A stretch of DNA of 64,000 bases from Syntrophales bacterium (lineage in GTDB: Bacteria; Desulfobacterota; Syntrophia; Syntrophales; UBA2210): NCBI GenBank assembly GCA_963666365.2, contig CAXXNF010000002.1, positions 1,760,001 through 1,824,000 of the forward strand, written 5' to 3'. The position numbers were made by a program, and so were the translations under genes. The number at the start of each line of letters is the position of its first letter. Position 1 is the stretch's first letter. The notes under the pieces were generated by a model. It did no database searches, was not told the DNA's origin, and saw only the letters and a program-made list of their open reading frames with translations. Of the stretch, positions 49,664-61,989 are shown piece by piece.

Positions 49664-51637
49664 ATGGCTGATATTAACGAACAAGATTTTTACAATAAGG
49701 TGTTTCCCGTTCCCGAACGAGTGCGAGAAAAGTCCTATATCAAGGGAAGAGGAGAATATGAAAGGCTGTACAAAGAGTCAATTGAAAACCCCGATGCCTT
49801 CTGGGCGCGAATGGCCGAGGAAAGGCTGACCTGGTTCAAACCCTTTGACAAGAATAAAGTTTCCGATTGTTCTTTCGGCGACGATCTCCACGTAAAATGG
49901 TTTGAAGGGGGCACACTGAACGTAAGTTACAACTGCCTGGACAGACATCTTGAAAAAAAGAAAAATAAAGCCGCCATTATTTTTGAAGGAAACGATCCCA
50001 GCGACTGGAAAGTGTACACTTACTTCGACATGTACCGTGAGGTGAACAAGTGTGCAAACGTACTGAAGGGGCTGGGGGTCAAGAAAGGGGATCGCGTATC
50101 AATCTATCTTCCCATGATTGCCGAGCTCGCCATTGCCATGCTTGCCTGCACCAGAATCGGCGCAGTTCATTCCATCGTCTTCGGAGGGTTTTCCGCCGAA
50201 GCGTTGAGGGATCGCATCAATGACTGTAAGGCCGAAATCCTCATTACCTGCGACGGCACTTACAGAGGCGCGAAGGCGGTGCCCCAGAAGGCCAACGCCG
50301 ACAAGGCCCTGGAGGAATGCCCTTCGATAAGAACGCAGATCGTGGTAAAGCGCACCGGGCTGGAAGTTCCCATGAAGGAGGGACGGGATCAGTGGTATGA
50401 AGCATTGATGGCCGATGCCGCGCCCTATTGCGAGCCAGAAAAAATGGATGCGGAAGATCCCCTCTTTATTCTCTATACATCAGGTTCCACGGGACAGCCG
50501 AAAGGCGTGCTGCACACCACCGCCGGATATCTCCTCTATGCGTCCATGACTCAGCAGCTTGCCTTCGACGTGCGCGATGAGGATGTGTATTGGTGCACGG
50601 CCGATATCGGCTGGGTGACGGGACACAGCTACGTGGTATATGGACCACTCTGCAACGGTCATTCGAGCATCCTTTTCGAAGGCGTTCCCAGCTATCCCGC
50701 TTATGACCGGTTCTGGGCCGTCTGTGAAAAATACAACGTCAACAACTTCTATACCGCCCCCACGGCGATCCGCGCCGTGGCCAAGGAAGGCGACGAATGG
50801 GTAGATAAACACGACCTTTCCTCCCTGCGCGTTCTGGGGTCTGTCGGCGAGCCGCTGAATCCCGAGGCGTGGTGGTGGTATTACAATAAGGTCGGCGGCG
50901 GTCGATGCACCATCGCCGATACATGGTGGCAGACCGAAACGGGCGGCCATATGATTCTTCCTCTTCCCGGCGCAATCGACATCAAGCCCGCGAAGGCCAT
51001 GGTTCCCTTCTTCGGGGTTCAACCGACGCTTTTGAGCGAAGACGGAAAGGAAATTGAGGGCCCCGGATCGGGTGCGCTGTGCATTAAGGCGGCCTGGCCC
51101 GGCATGATGCGGGGCATCTGGGGCGATCAGGGGCTCTTCAAGGAAAATTATTTCTCCCAGTTCCCCGGCTACTACTTTTCCGGCGACGGCGCCGAGCGCG
51201 ATGAAGATGGAGATTACCGTATCACGGGCCGTGTTGACGATGTCATCAACGTATCCGGCCACCGCATGGGCACCGCTGAAGTCGAAGCGGCCTTGACATC
51301 GCATCCGGATGTTGCCGAGGCGGCCGTGGTGGGTTTTCCCCATGACATCAAGGGACAGGGGATCTTTGCCTATGTCACGCTCAATAATAATGTAGAAAAA
51401 ACGGAAGAACTGAAAAAGAAACTTGTTGCCCACGTGAGAACCGAAATCGGACCGATAGCCACACCCGATAAGATTCAGTGGGCCGAAGGTCTCCCCAAGA
51501 CCCGTTCAGGAAAGATTATGCGGCGTGTGCTTAGAAAAGTGGCGGCAAGGGATTTCACTGACTTCGGCGACACGTCGACCCTGGCCGAGCCGGGCGTTGT
51601 CGACGATCTCGTGTCCGAGAGAAAGAAGATCGCGTAG
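49664..51637 (+). CDS. acs: Acetyl-CoA synthetase
   Basis: YTSGSTGQPKG, DTWWQTETGG, LPKTRSGKIMRR. Confidence 0.97.
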   Translation: MADINEQDFYNKVFPVPERVREKSYIKGRGEYERLYKESIENPDAFWARMAEERLTWFKPFDKNKVSDCSFGDDLHVKWFEGGTLNVSYNCLDRHLEKKKNKAAIIFEGNDPSDWKVYTYFDMYREVNKCANVLKGLGVKKGDRVSIYLPMIAELAIAMLACTRIGAVHSIVFGGFSAEALRDRINDCKAEILITCDGTYRGAKAVPQKANADKALEECPSIRTQIVVKRTGLEVPMKEGRDQWYEALMADAAPYCEPEKMDAEDPLFILYTSGSTGQPKGVLHTTAGYLLYASMTQQLAFDVRDEDVYWCTADIGWVTGHSYVVYGPLCNGHSSILFEGVPSYPAYDRFWAVCEKYNVNNFYTAPTAIRAVAKEGDEWVDKHDLSSLRVLGSVGEPLNPEAWWWYYNKVGGGRCTIADTWWQTETGGHMILPLPGAIDIKPAKAMVPFFGVQPTLLSEDGKEIEGPGSGALCIKAAWPGMMRGIWGDQGLFKENYFSQFPGYYFSGDGAERDEDGDYRITGRVDDVINVSGHRMGTAEVEAALTSHPDVAEAAVVGFPHDIKGQGIFAYVTLNNNVEKTEELKKKLVAHVRTEIGPIATPDKIQWAEGLPKTRSGKIMRRVLRKVAARDFTDFGDTSTLAEPGVVDDLVSERKKIA

Positions 51638-51696
51638 GAGACATACCTTTAAGAATTATCAATAGTTGAAGCACCATTTATAGTGGCGTTCAGGCG

Positions 51697-51728
51697 AGAG
51701 GCCGGAATTGATACCGGCCTCTTTTTTT
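51697..51728 (+). terminator. Intrinsic terminator after acs
   Basis: AGAGGCCGG/CCGGCCTCT stem plus T tract. Confidence 0.85.
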
Positions 51729-51796
51729 GTGCATCGGCCCCGGGACGATTCATTTGGGTCTTGACATTTTCACCGTGAAGTGTAAGGATGCTTAAT

Positions 51797-51817
51797 ATTG
51801 TTAGAGGTATCTAAAAT
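51797..51817. promoter_or_regulatory. Putative DtxR/MntR-type operator
   Basis: Palindrome TTAGA-GGTA-TCTAA just upstream of the DtxR-family gene. Confidence 0.55.
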
Positions 51818-51830
51818 AAAAGGTCCCCCC

Positions 51831-52346
51831 ATGAAAAACAGGCGCAAAATTATGCTCACTGCAACAATGGAAGATTATCTCAAGGCGATTCTTACTCTTG
51901 AAACGTTGAAAAAATATGTGAGGGTGCGAGATATCGCACAAAAAATGAATGTGCGGGTGCCCACGGTCACCAGCATGATGACTACTCTGGCTGAGCGGAA
52001 TTTGGTAAGCCATGAAAAATATGAACATGTTGAGCTGACAGGCGAAGGAACGCGCATTGCTCGTGAAATACTTGAGCGGCACACGACGTTACGGAAATTT
52101 CTTGTTGAAGTGCTGCGTGTTGATGAGAAAACGGCGGAAAAAGATGCCTGTGAGATGGAACATGCGGTGAGCACTCTCACCCTGGCACGGTTGGTTGCCT
52201 TTATGGAGGTGATAAAGAACTGTTCGAGCAGGAAGAAAGACAGCGGAGGAAACGCAAGGGAATACGCCCATGATTTTGTTGATTGTCTGGAGAAGATGAA
52301 ACGTATCAAAGAGGATTCACGGAGCGGCGTACATATCTGCCGTTGA
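51831..52346 (+). CDS. DtxR/MntR metal-dependent regulator
   Basis: MEDYLKAI, HTH, ERH..L..FL, DACEMEH. Confidence 0.92.
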   Translation: MKNRRKIMLTATMEDYLKAILTLETLKKYVRVRDIAQKMNVRVPTVTSMMTTLAERNLVSHEKYEHVELTGEGTRIAREILERHTTLRKFLVEVLRVDEKTAEKDACEMEHAVSTLTLARLVAFMEVIKNCSSRKKDSGGNAREYAHDFVDCLEKMKRIKEDSRSGVHICR

Positions 52347-52381
52347 ATATAATAGAAATAAAATAAAAGGAGCGTTACACA

Positions 52382-53281
52382 ATGCAAATAGCAGTTACGG
52401 CAACTGGACCTTCACTGGATGATCAGGTAGAAATCCGCTTTGGAAGGGCATCGCATTATATATTTATCGACACGGAGTCCATGAACTTCGATGTGATAAA
52501 AAATCCGAACGTATCCGCCGGGGGCGGCGCGGGCATTCAGTCGGCGCAGCTGATGGCGAATCGCAGCGTGACACATGTACTGACGGGGAACTGCGGACCC
52601 AATGCCTTCAGCGTATTCGGTGCTGCGGGGATTCAGGTGATTCCCGGTGTTTCCGGCACCGTCCGTCAGGTCGTCGAACAATTCAAAACCGGTTCCGTAA
52701 CACCCGCAGACCGGGCCAATGTGGAAAGCCACTTCGGCATGGGCCTGGGAGGCGTTGGTAATGCGAAAGGTATCGACGGCCCGGCTATGGGAACAGTCGT
52801 TGGCCGCGGCCTGAACGGCGGCCGTGGTACAGGCATGGGTGGCGGCCGCGGCATGGGCGGCGGCCGCGGCGGCGGCCGTGGTATGGGCATGGGAGGACGG
52901 CGCAGCAATGGGTTCTCAAGAAGTACAGAAATCAAGAGAGGTACGGGGGAATTTGACCGGGGTGAAGATTTCAAAAAGACACCGGGATATCCGCGATCCG
53001 CGCAGGCTGACGAGGAAAAGAGCCGTCTTTTACAAAAAAAACGAGACCTGGAACGACAATTACGGGAAGTGGAAGTGCAGATGGACAGTAGACAAAGAAC
53101 CGGGAAATCCGGAATCGCCCGCGTAGATGTCTCGGTCTGTACAGGGTGCGGGATTTGCGAAGATATCTGCCCTGCAGGCGCCATTACCGTCAATGAGAAC
53201 GCAGTTATTGATGGGGATGCATGCACGGGCTGTGGAATATGCATTCCCGAATGCCCTGTCGGGGCACTTACCCTGAGCTGA
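52382..53281 (+). CDS. NifB/NifX family protein with Gly-rich linker and 2x[4Fe-4S] ferredoxin domain
   Basis: RFGRA..GGAGIQ..TGNCGPNA; GRGMGG repeats; two CxxCxxCxxxCP. Confidence 0.88.
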   Translation: MQIAVTATGPSLDDQVEIRFGRASHYIFIDTESMNFDVIKNPNVSAGGGAGIQSAQLMANRSVTHVLTGNCGPNAFSVFGAAGIQVIPGVSGTVRQVVEQFKTGSVTPADRANVESHFGMGLGGVGNAKGIDGPAMGTVVGRGLNGGRGTGMGGGRGMGGGRGGGRGMGMGGRRSNGFSRSTEIKRGTGEFDRGEDFKKTPGYPRSAQADEEKSRLLQKKRDLERQLREVEVQMDSRQRTGKSGIARVDVSVCTGCGICEDICPAGAITVNENAVIDGDACTGCGICIPECPVGALTLS

Positions 53282-53301
53282 TGTGAAAGGCTGAGCTCTA
53301 T

Positions 53302-54162
53302 ATGAAAATCTGTTTAGACTGTTACCCCTGTTTTCTCAGGCAGGCGCTTGAAGCAAGCAGAATAGCGGGAGCGGATGATAAGGTGGAGGAAAAAGTGCTG
53401 CATTCGCTCATGAGACTGTTGTGCACTCTTTCAGGTGAGAAGACGCCGCCACAGATCGGAAGACATATCCACCGTATAATCCGAGAGATAACAGGCAATC
53501 CCGATCCCTATAAAAGAATTAAAAGAAATCATAATCAGCAGGTGATGGGAATAGAACCTAACCTCACGGAGCTCGTTCACGACGCGCATTTACCCCTGGT
53601 GCATGCCTTGAAGCTCGCCGGAACGGGGAATCTCATTGATATGGGACCGGAACGAAGATGGAACCGGGTAGAAGAAATATTCGATGATTTTATGAGCGGT
53701 GATTCCGCATATTTCGATTATGAATCATTTGAAATGGCACTCAACAGCGCTGAAACCCTGCTTTACATTGGGGACAATGCCGGCGAAATTGTGTTGGACA
53801 AAATATTGATACGTCTGCTTATTGAACAACGGGGGCTTGACATTACCTATGCGGTCAGAGGCGCGCCCGTAATCAATGATGCGACCCGTGAAGATGCGCG
53901 GTCGGTGGGAATGATGGACATCGTAAATGTCATAGACAGCGGCGACGATATGCCCGGCATTGACCTGGAATCATGTTCCGATGAATTTGTTGATTGCTAC
54001 TGCGGGGCGGATATGATTTTGGCGAAAGGGCAAGGGAATTATGAATCATTGAGTGAGAGAAGTGAAAATATTTTTTTTCTGCTTCGCGCCAAATGTCCTC
54101 TTATCGCTGAACATATCGGCTGTGATATCGGTGACTTGGTTTTAAAAGGAAGCCTTTCGTAA
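53302..54162 (+). CDS. DUF89/ARMT1-like phosphatase
   Basis: C.PC..RQ, GN.ID, DNAGE, INDAT, KGQGNYE. Confidence 0.9.
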   Translation: MKICLDCYPCFLRQALEASRIAGADDKVEEKVLHSLMRLLCTLSGEKTPPQIGRHIHRIIREITGNPDPYKRIKRNHNQQVMGIEPNLTELVHDAHLPLVHALKLAGTGNLIDMGPERRWNRVEEIFDDFMSGDSAYFDYESFEMALNSAETLLYIGDNAGEIVLDKILIRLLIEQRGLDITYAVRGAPVINDATREDARSVGMMDIVNVIDSGDDMPGIDLESCSDEFVDCYCGADMILAKGQGNYESLSERSENIFFLLRAKCPLIAEHIGCDIGDLVLKGSLS

Positions 54163-54215
54163 AAACGGTCCTGTATCTTGAGTTCAGGATAGTCACAATG
54201 AGAAAGAAGAGGACA

Positions 54216-55136
54216 ATGCACTACACATTCGGACCCGTGCCGTCACGGCGTTTGGGAAGATCGCTGGGTGTCGATCTTGTACCCTTTAAAACATGCACAT
54301 TTGATTGCATCTATTGTCAATTGGGAAAAACCACCGATAAAAGAGCGGATCGCCGGGAGTTCTTTCCTGCACAGGACATAATTCAGGATGTACGGGAACG
54401 GTTGCAGGAAATCCCGCGTCCCGATTACATAACCCTTTCGGGTTCAGGCGAGCCCACTCTTTACAGTCGGATTGAAGAAATCATTTCCGGCATCAAGGCC
54501 GTAACCGATGTACCCATCGGTCTGTTGACCAATGGATCGCTTTTTTGGATTGACGAAGTCCGGGAAGCGGTGAAGGAGGCGGATCTTATCATTCCATCAC
54601 TCGATGCCGGCGATAAAGAAATCTTCTCCTATGTAAACAGGCCTCACTCTGAAATTACCTTCGAGAAAACGGTAGAGGGACTGTGCAGTCTTCGAGAATC
54701 GTATCGAAAACCCATATGGCTGGAGGTGTTTCTCGTCGGAGGGGTAACGGACATCAAAGGGGAGGTTCACAAAATCAACAGATGGGTTCAACGCATCGCA
54801 CCGGACCGCGTACAACTCAATACCGCCGTCAGAACTCCCGCTGAGGGATTCGTAGATACCGTAAGCAAGAAAAAAATGGAGGAACTCAGCACTCTTTTCG
54901 GGTCATCATGCGAGGTGATCGCCGATTATTCGAAAATCCACAGCCACGACGAATTCCAGCACAGGCAGGAGGATGTTTTCGATCTTCTAAAACGGCGGCC
55001 CTGCTCCGTTGATGATATTTCGAACGGACTGAACATGCACAGGAATGAAGCGGTCAAATATGTACAGGAATTGATTGATCAGAATTTGATAAAAAAAGAA
55101 TTGCATGGGAATCGGGCCTTGTATTTTGCCACGTGA
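54216..55136 (+). CDS. Radical SAM protein
   Basis: FGPVPSRRLGRSLG, CTFDCIYCQ, SGEPTL. Confidence 0.9.
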   Translation: MHYTFGPVPSRRLGRSLGVDLVPFKTCTFDCIYCQLGKTTDKRADRREFFPAQDIIQDVRERLQEIPRPDYITLSGSGEPTLYSRIEEIISGIKAVTDVPIGLLTNGSLFWIDEVREAVKEADLIIPSLDAGDKEIFSYVNRPHSEITFEKTVEGLCSLRESYRKPIWLEVFLVGGVTDIKGEVHKINRWVQRIAPDRVQLNTAVRTPAEGFVDTVSKKKMEELSTLFGSSCEVIADYSKIHSHDEFQHRQEDVFDLLKRRPCSVDDISNGLNMHRNEAVKYVQELIDQNLIKKELHGNRALYFAT

Positions 55137-55456
55137 GATCATGACGGGAGAACCCGGAAGCGTACGTACAAGCGGAGGGTTACACTATTCGTGGTTCCAT
55201 GTTCCCCAAAAAACAGAAGAACATCGGAGAACGCAACAGGGCGAAGCCGGGTTGTCCTGCACATTGTAATGGCTATTGTAAACAGCCGTTATATGGTCTT
55301 TATCTGATCATTGCATTTTTCGGCGTGCTGTGCATAATATTTTTTTTATCCAAGCGCCATGATGGCAGTTCAGTGGTACACACCCCCAACAGTCAAACAT
55401 GTCAGACTCATAATCGGTGCTACTGAAACGAATGATCATAATGAAGGAGGGATATA

Positions 55457-57067
55457 ATGATTGATCGAAGCACTCGGTTTGTCAGGCCTGCGATCGCCCC
55501 CGAGGAATTGGCTGTCCTGAAAGGCAAACAGATCCATTTTGAGAGCATCGCTGAAATGGTAACGGTGCGCGCCCGCGAGATTCCTGATGCGGTCCATGTG
55601 TATTACTACGAAGATGTGATCACCTATGCCCAGACCAATGAGCGGGCCAACCGCGTTGCCAATTACCTGAAAACGAAAGGGGTGGTCAAGGGCGATACGG
55701 TTTCCGTGATGGTTCTGAATTCGCCGGAAATTTACTATACCATGTTCGGCGCACAGAAACTGGGCGCCGTCGCCGGCGCCATCAATTACATGCTCAAGGC
55801 GCCTGAGATCGCTTATGTCCTGGAGGACTCAAAACCGAAAGTGGCCTTTATAGGCAGTGAATACATGGAGGAATTCAGCAAAGGATGGGAACTCGCCCGC
55901 CATAAGCCGGTTGTGGTGGAGGTGCGGACAGGAATTGATCACGGTTCGACCATCGCCGGGGAAACCCTGAAAAATATTCTGGATCACTATCCCGATGATG
56001 AGTGTCTCGTGCCGCAGTCCCTTGACGATCCATTTATGCTTCTTTATTCCTCGGGGACGACCGGCATGCCCAAAGGCATTCTCAATTCAAACAGAAACGA
56101 ATTGGCCATGTGTCGTGATCTGGGTATGCTGGGCATCTATGAACCGGGCGATGTAATGATGATCATCCTTCCCATGTTTCATACAAATCCCCTCGCCGTG
56201 TTCAGCTATCCCGTGACCTATCATGGCCTTACATTATGCATACGAAAGTCCTTTTCGCCCTCTGATTTCTGGCCCTCTCTGACCCGCTACGGCGTAAACA
56301 TTCTTATGGCCGTGCCCGCCATGTACGCCTATGTCTACAACATTGCCGATCCGAAAACCATTGACTATGACAAGTTAAAGCTTCGCTACGCCTTTGCCGG
56401 TTCCGCCCCCATACCACTGGAACTGGTGAAGGGATTCAAGGAAAAATTCAATGTGCAGATCATCGACGGCTACGGCCTTACAGAGGCAACCGGGGCTTCC
56501 GTCCTGAATTTCAGAGCACCGGAGAACCATACATCCGTCGGGATTCCCCTCGCAGGTCAGGAAGTTGAGATCATGGATGACGACAACAATATCCTCCCCT
56601 ACGGCGAACGGGGCGAGATCTGCATCAGGGGTGAAGCGGTGATGATGGGATATCTGAACAAGCCTGAGGACACGGTGGAAACCATCAGGGACGGATGGCT
56701 CCACACCGGCGATATGGGCCATATGGACGAGACGGGCTTTCTGTACATCTCCGGACGGAAGAAAGAGATGATCAACAGAGGCGGAGAAAACATTTATCCC
56801 CGGGAGATAGAAATTCCGCTTGAGAAGCATCCAAAGATTGCCGAGGTTTCCGTCATCGGGGCGCCCGATCCTGCTTTGGGTGAGCGGGTACGGGCCTGTA
56901 TTGTGCTGACAGAGGGATGTGACATGACGGCCGATGAGGTAAAAGAGTACCTCAAGGATAAAATCGCAAAATACAAAATTCCTGAGTATGTTGAATTTAT
57001 GAATGAATTTCCCAGAAATCCTACAGGGAAGATTCTAAAACAGGAGTTAAAAAAAATGTTCAGCTAA
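55457..57067 (+). CDS. AMP-dependent acyl-CoA synthetase
   Basis: YSSGTTGMPKG, GYGLTE, TGD, GENIYP, PRNPTGK. Confidence 0.93.
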   Translation: MIDRSTRFVRPAIAPEELAVLKGKQIHFESIAEMVTVRAREIPDAVHVYYYEDVITYAQTNERANRVANYLKTKGVVKGDTVSVMVLNSPEIYYTMFGAQKLGAVAGAINYMLKAPEIAYVLEDSKPKVAFIGSEYMEEFSKGWELARHKPVVVEVRTGIDHGSTIAGETLKNILDHYPDDECLVPQSLDDPFMLLYSSGTTGMPKGILNSNRNELAMCRDLGMLGIYEPGDVMMIILPMFHTNPLAVFSYPVTYHGLTLCIRKSFSPSDFWPSLTRYGVNILMAVPAMYAYVYNIADPKTIDYDKLKLRYAFAGSAPIPLELVKGFKEKFNVQIIDGYGLTEATGASVLNFRAPENHTSVGIPLAGQEVEIMDDDNNILPYGERGEICIRGEAVMMGYLNKPEDTVETIRDGWLHTGDMGHMDETGFLYISGRKKEMINRGGENIYPREIEIPLEKHPKIAEVSVIGAPDPALGERVRACIVLTEGCDMTADEVKEYLKDKIAKYKIPEYVEFMNEFPRNPTGKILKQELKKMFS

Positions 57068-57139
57068 AAAGACAGATGTAATTGCCTGTGGGACAGTGAG
57101 CCCGCATAGAAATATCAGCAGGCAGCCGGAAATGGAAAG

Positions 57140-57178
57140 GTCGGAGACAGCGGATGAGCAGCAGTCTCCGACTTTTTT
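57140..57178 (+). terminator. Intrinsic terminator
   Basis: GTCGGAGAC/GTCTCCGAC plus T6. Confidence 0.75.
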
Positions 57179-57210
57179 ACTAGTTGACATAAGGAATAAT
57201 GAATGTTAGT

Positions 57211-57225
57211 TGAGAATAATTATTA
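57211..57225. promoter_or_regulatory. Fur/PerR-type box
   Basis: TGAGAAT-A-ATTATTA, 12/14 match to TGATAAT-N-ATTATCA; TTGACA at 57184. Confidence 0.6.
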
Positions 57226-57245
57226 TTTAGAATCGAGGGTTCCCA

Positions 57246-59911
<2,666 letters not shown>

Positions 59912-60128
59912 TCGAAGTATACGCATTATGAGGGGTTCAGAAACTATTCCGATCTGAACTCCTCAGATTGCGGATGAATGAAGAGATACTCTGTGTGATC
60001 TGAGGGCATCTTTTAGCGTTCGCGGGAGACTATGTGCAACAAATATAGGCGGCGTTTCGTTGTCCTGCAGTTTGAAACGCGTCTTTACACCTGATTTTTT
60101 GAATAGGAAGAGGTTCCTTCCGACGCAC

Positions 60129-61199
60129 CTATTCATTTTTTAAAATAGTTTCGTTAAGATTCGCTATGGTGCTTTCCATATCAAAGCCAAATTGTTGCGC
60201 CGCATCCCTGACCGACAGAAATAATCCCTGGCAGCATATACACGTTCCCGTTTCCTCTTCAAGCTGTTTGAACAGTTCTTCCGTTTGGCGATGAGTACTG
60301 ATGATATCCAGAACCACTGTTTCTGGAGTTACGATCCCTCCTTTGTCGGTATTCATTACATCACGCAATGCCCGTGGTATGTTCCTGATGATTTCGATCA
60401 CCTGTGTGGCCGGTGTGGGAGAGGCGTACTGCCCGGCAACCCGGTTGACCCGCATGGCAGCCAGGGCGGCTTTCTGTAACGGCATTCCGCCATCGATGAG
60501 GACAGAGACAATACCTGTCAGCGTGTCGCCGGTTCCTCCTATGGCTTCCATGGCCTCGGCGGCAGGCTCACTTACCGTTGCGAGAACCCCCTGTTCGCTG
60601 GCCAGATAATCCCGTTCTCCTTTCACGAGAAGATATCGGGCCGCATTCCCGTGTGAGTATGCACGGGAAATCAGATCGGGAACACGCTGTTCTTCATGAA
60701 GGATGAATCCCCTCGTATAGAAGGGATGCGGCGCTTCCTCATCTGCCAGGAAGGCAAGTTCACCCGCGTCGGGCGTAAAGAGATCATAGAGCGGCGCCTC
60801 CCCGCTCATTTTCGCCGCATACATGTATCCTGCATCTGCTATGAGTGTTGGTTTCGGAGATACCCCTCCAAGAATTTTTTGTAACCGTTTTTGCCAGTGG
60901 ACGATGGGCTGTAGATAATGAAAGGTAATCGTTTCAAAGCGGGTCCGCGGCAACACGTCGGCCAGGTGGGCGTAGAGATGACGACTTCCTTTCCCTGTGC
61001 CCGTGTCCCCTACAATATACGTGAAAAGGGATCGGCCGAGGGTATCCGCCGTCACGGCGGCTGCCGCCAGCAGTGCCGGAGTTCCCCTGTTGACATCAAT
61101 ACATTTCCCGCCGACCTCAAGTATCTCATTCGTCAGCCGGACTTCACCTTCACAAAGCGGGAAATCCTTTGAGGGAACTGTTCCCACTACGCAGAGCAT
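60129..61199 (-). CDS. Ribokinase-fold kinase/NAD(P)HX dehydratase-like protein with DUF1858-like C-terminal domain
   Basis: IADAG, TPDAGEL, VKG, GGTGDTLTG; tail VLDII..CICCQGLF. Confidence 0.75.
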   Translation of the reverse strand: MLCVVGTVPSKDFPLCEGEVRLTNEILEVGGKCIDVNRGTPALLAAAAVTADTLGRSLFTYIVGDTGTGKGSRHLYAHLADVLPRTRFETITFHYLQPIVHWQKRLQKILGGVSPKPTLIADAGYMYAAKMSGEAPLYDLFTPDAGELAFLADEEAPHPFYTRGFILHEEQRVPDLISRAYSHGNAARYLLVKGERDYLASEQGVLATVSEPAAEAMEAIGGTGDTLTGIVSVLIDGGMPLQKAALAAMRVNRVAGQYASPTPATQVIEIIRNIPRALRDVMNTDKGGIVTPETVVLDIISTHRQTEELFKQLEEETGTCICCQGLFLSVRDAAQQFGFDMESTIANLNETILKNE

Positions 61200-61747
61200 C
61201 GGCGTTGAACCTCCTCGTAGGCCAGCTGAAGTGCGTAACCGCAGAGCGTGTGACCTGTTTCACGGGGGCTCGGCGCGCTTTCAATCGTTTTCCCTATCAT
61301 GGCGGCAGCCAGATAGGGCACATCGGGGCAGCCGCCTCCCGATATATTAACAATAGTGCGGGTGGCCTTATCCACCGTCAGCTTCATGTTGGCCGCCCGC
61401 ACCATAAGATATGCGTCAAAATCCTTGATCTGAAAAATGTCGACCGGTTGAAGCAGGGGGCTGGTAACAGGAACAACTTTCAGTGGCGGCGCCCCCTTTT
61501 CGGTGAGAACCTTGAGGATCTGCAATTCTTCAATCAACGGGAATTCTATGACAAGGTCACATCCCTGGCGGATTTCCGGGGGGGGACCCATGACCCGGAC
61601 ATCCCATCCATTCTGTTTCAAGACGGTTTCCGCCTGGATAACCTCGCCTGTATTTTCGAATACGAGCATGCCCCGGTCCGCTCGATCGGTCATGTCGGCG
61701 GATTCGCACGCCAAGCCCGTTCGCTTTAAAAAGCTCAGTACTGACAT
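61187..61747 (-). CDS. DUF3343 domain protein
   Basis: LVF.NT..V..AE..LK..PP.EI..GC; C-terminal GGGCPD. Confidence 0.75.
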   Translation of the reverse strand: MSVLSFLKRTGLACESADMTDRADRGMLVFENTGEVIQAETVLKQNGWDVRVMGPPPEIRQGCDLVIEFPLIEELQILKVLTEKGAPPLKVVPVTSPLLQPVDIFQIKDFDAYLMVRAANMKLTVDKATRTIVNISGGGCPDVPYLAAAMIGKTIESAPSPRETGHTLCGYALQLAYEEVQRRCSA

Positions 61748-61754
61748 AGGATTA

Positions 61755-61973
61755 TCAGCCTTTTTTGATTGTAATGTGATATTCAGAAGCCTCCTCGGTG
61801 ACAGAGGCAACATTCCAGCCTTTGCCCTTGGCGGCCCGGGACACATTTTCCTTTGAAGCGTCGCTGTCAACCAGCACAATGAGTTCATCCGCTCCTCCGG
61901 CTTTGATTTCGTCAAGCGTCATAAGGACCGGCTGGGGACAGGAAAGTCCGCGTGCATCAACTGTTTTTGACAT
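61755..61973 (-). CDS. TusA/YedF sulfur or selenium carrier
   Basis: VDARGLSCPQPV. Confidence 0.92.
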   Translation of the reverse strand: MSKTVDARGLSCPQPVLMTLDEIKAGGADELIVLVDSDASKENVSRAAKGKGWNVASVTEEASEYHITIKKG

Positions 61974-61989
61974 AATTAGGCTCCTTCCG

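Noticed and set aside
52800..52900. GGCGGCCGCGGC tandem repeats as a non-coding element
   Set aside because: They encode the in-frame GRGMGG linker
55199..55426. 75-aa ORF with a hydrophobic stretch
   Set aside because: No clear RBS; overlaps the probable promoter and operator of the next gene
59928..60090. Three hairpins after katG as an ncRNA
   Set aside because: They lie between convergent genes and are adequately explained as terminators
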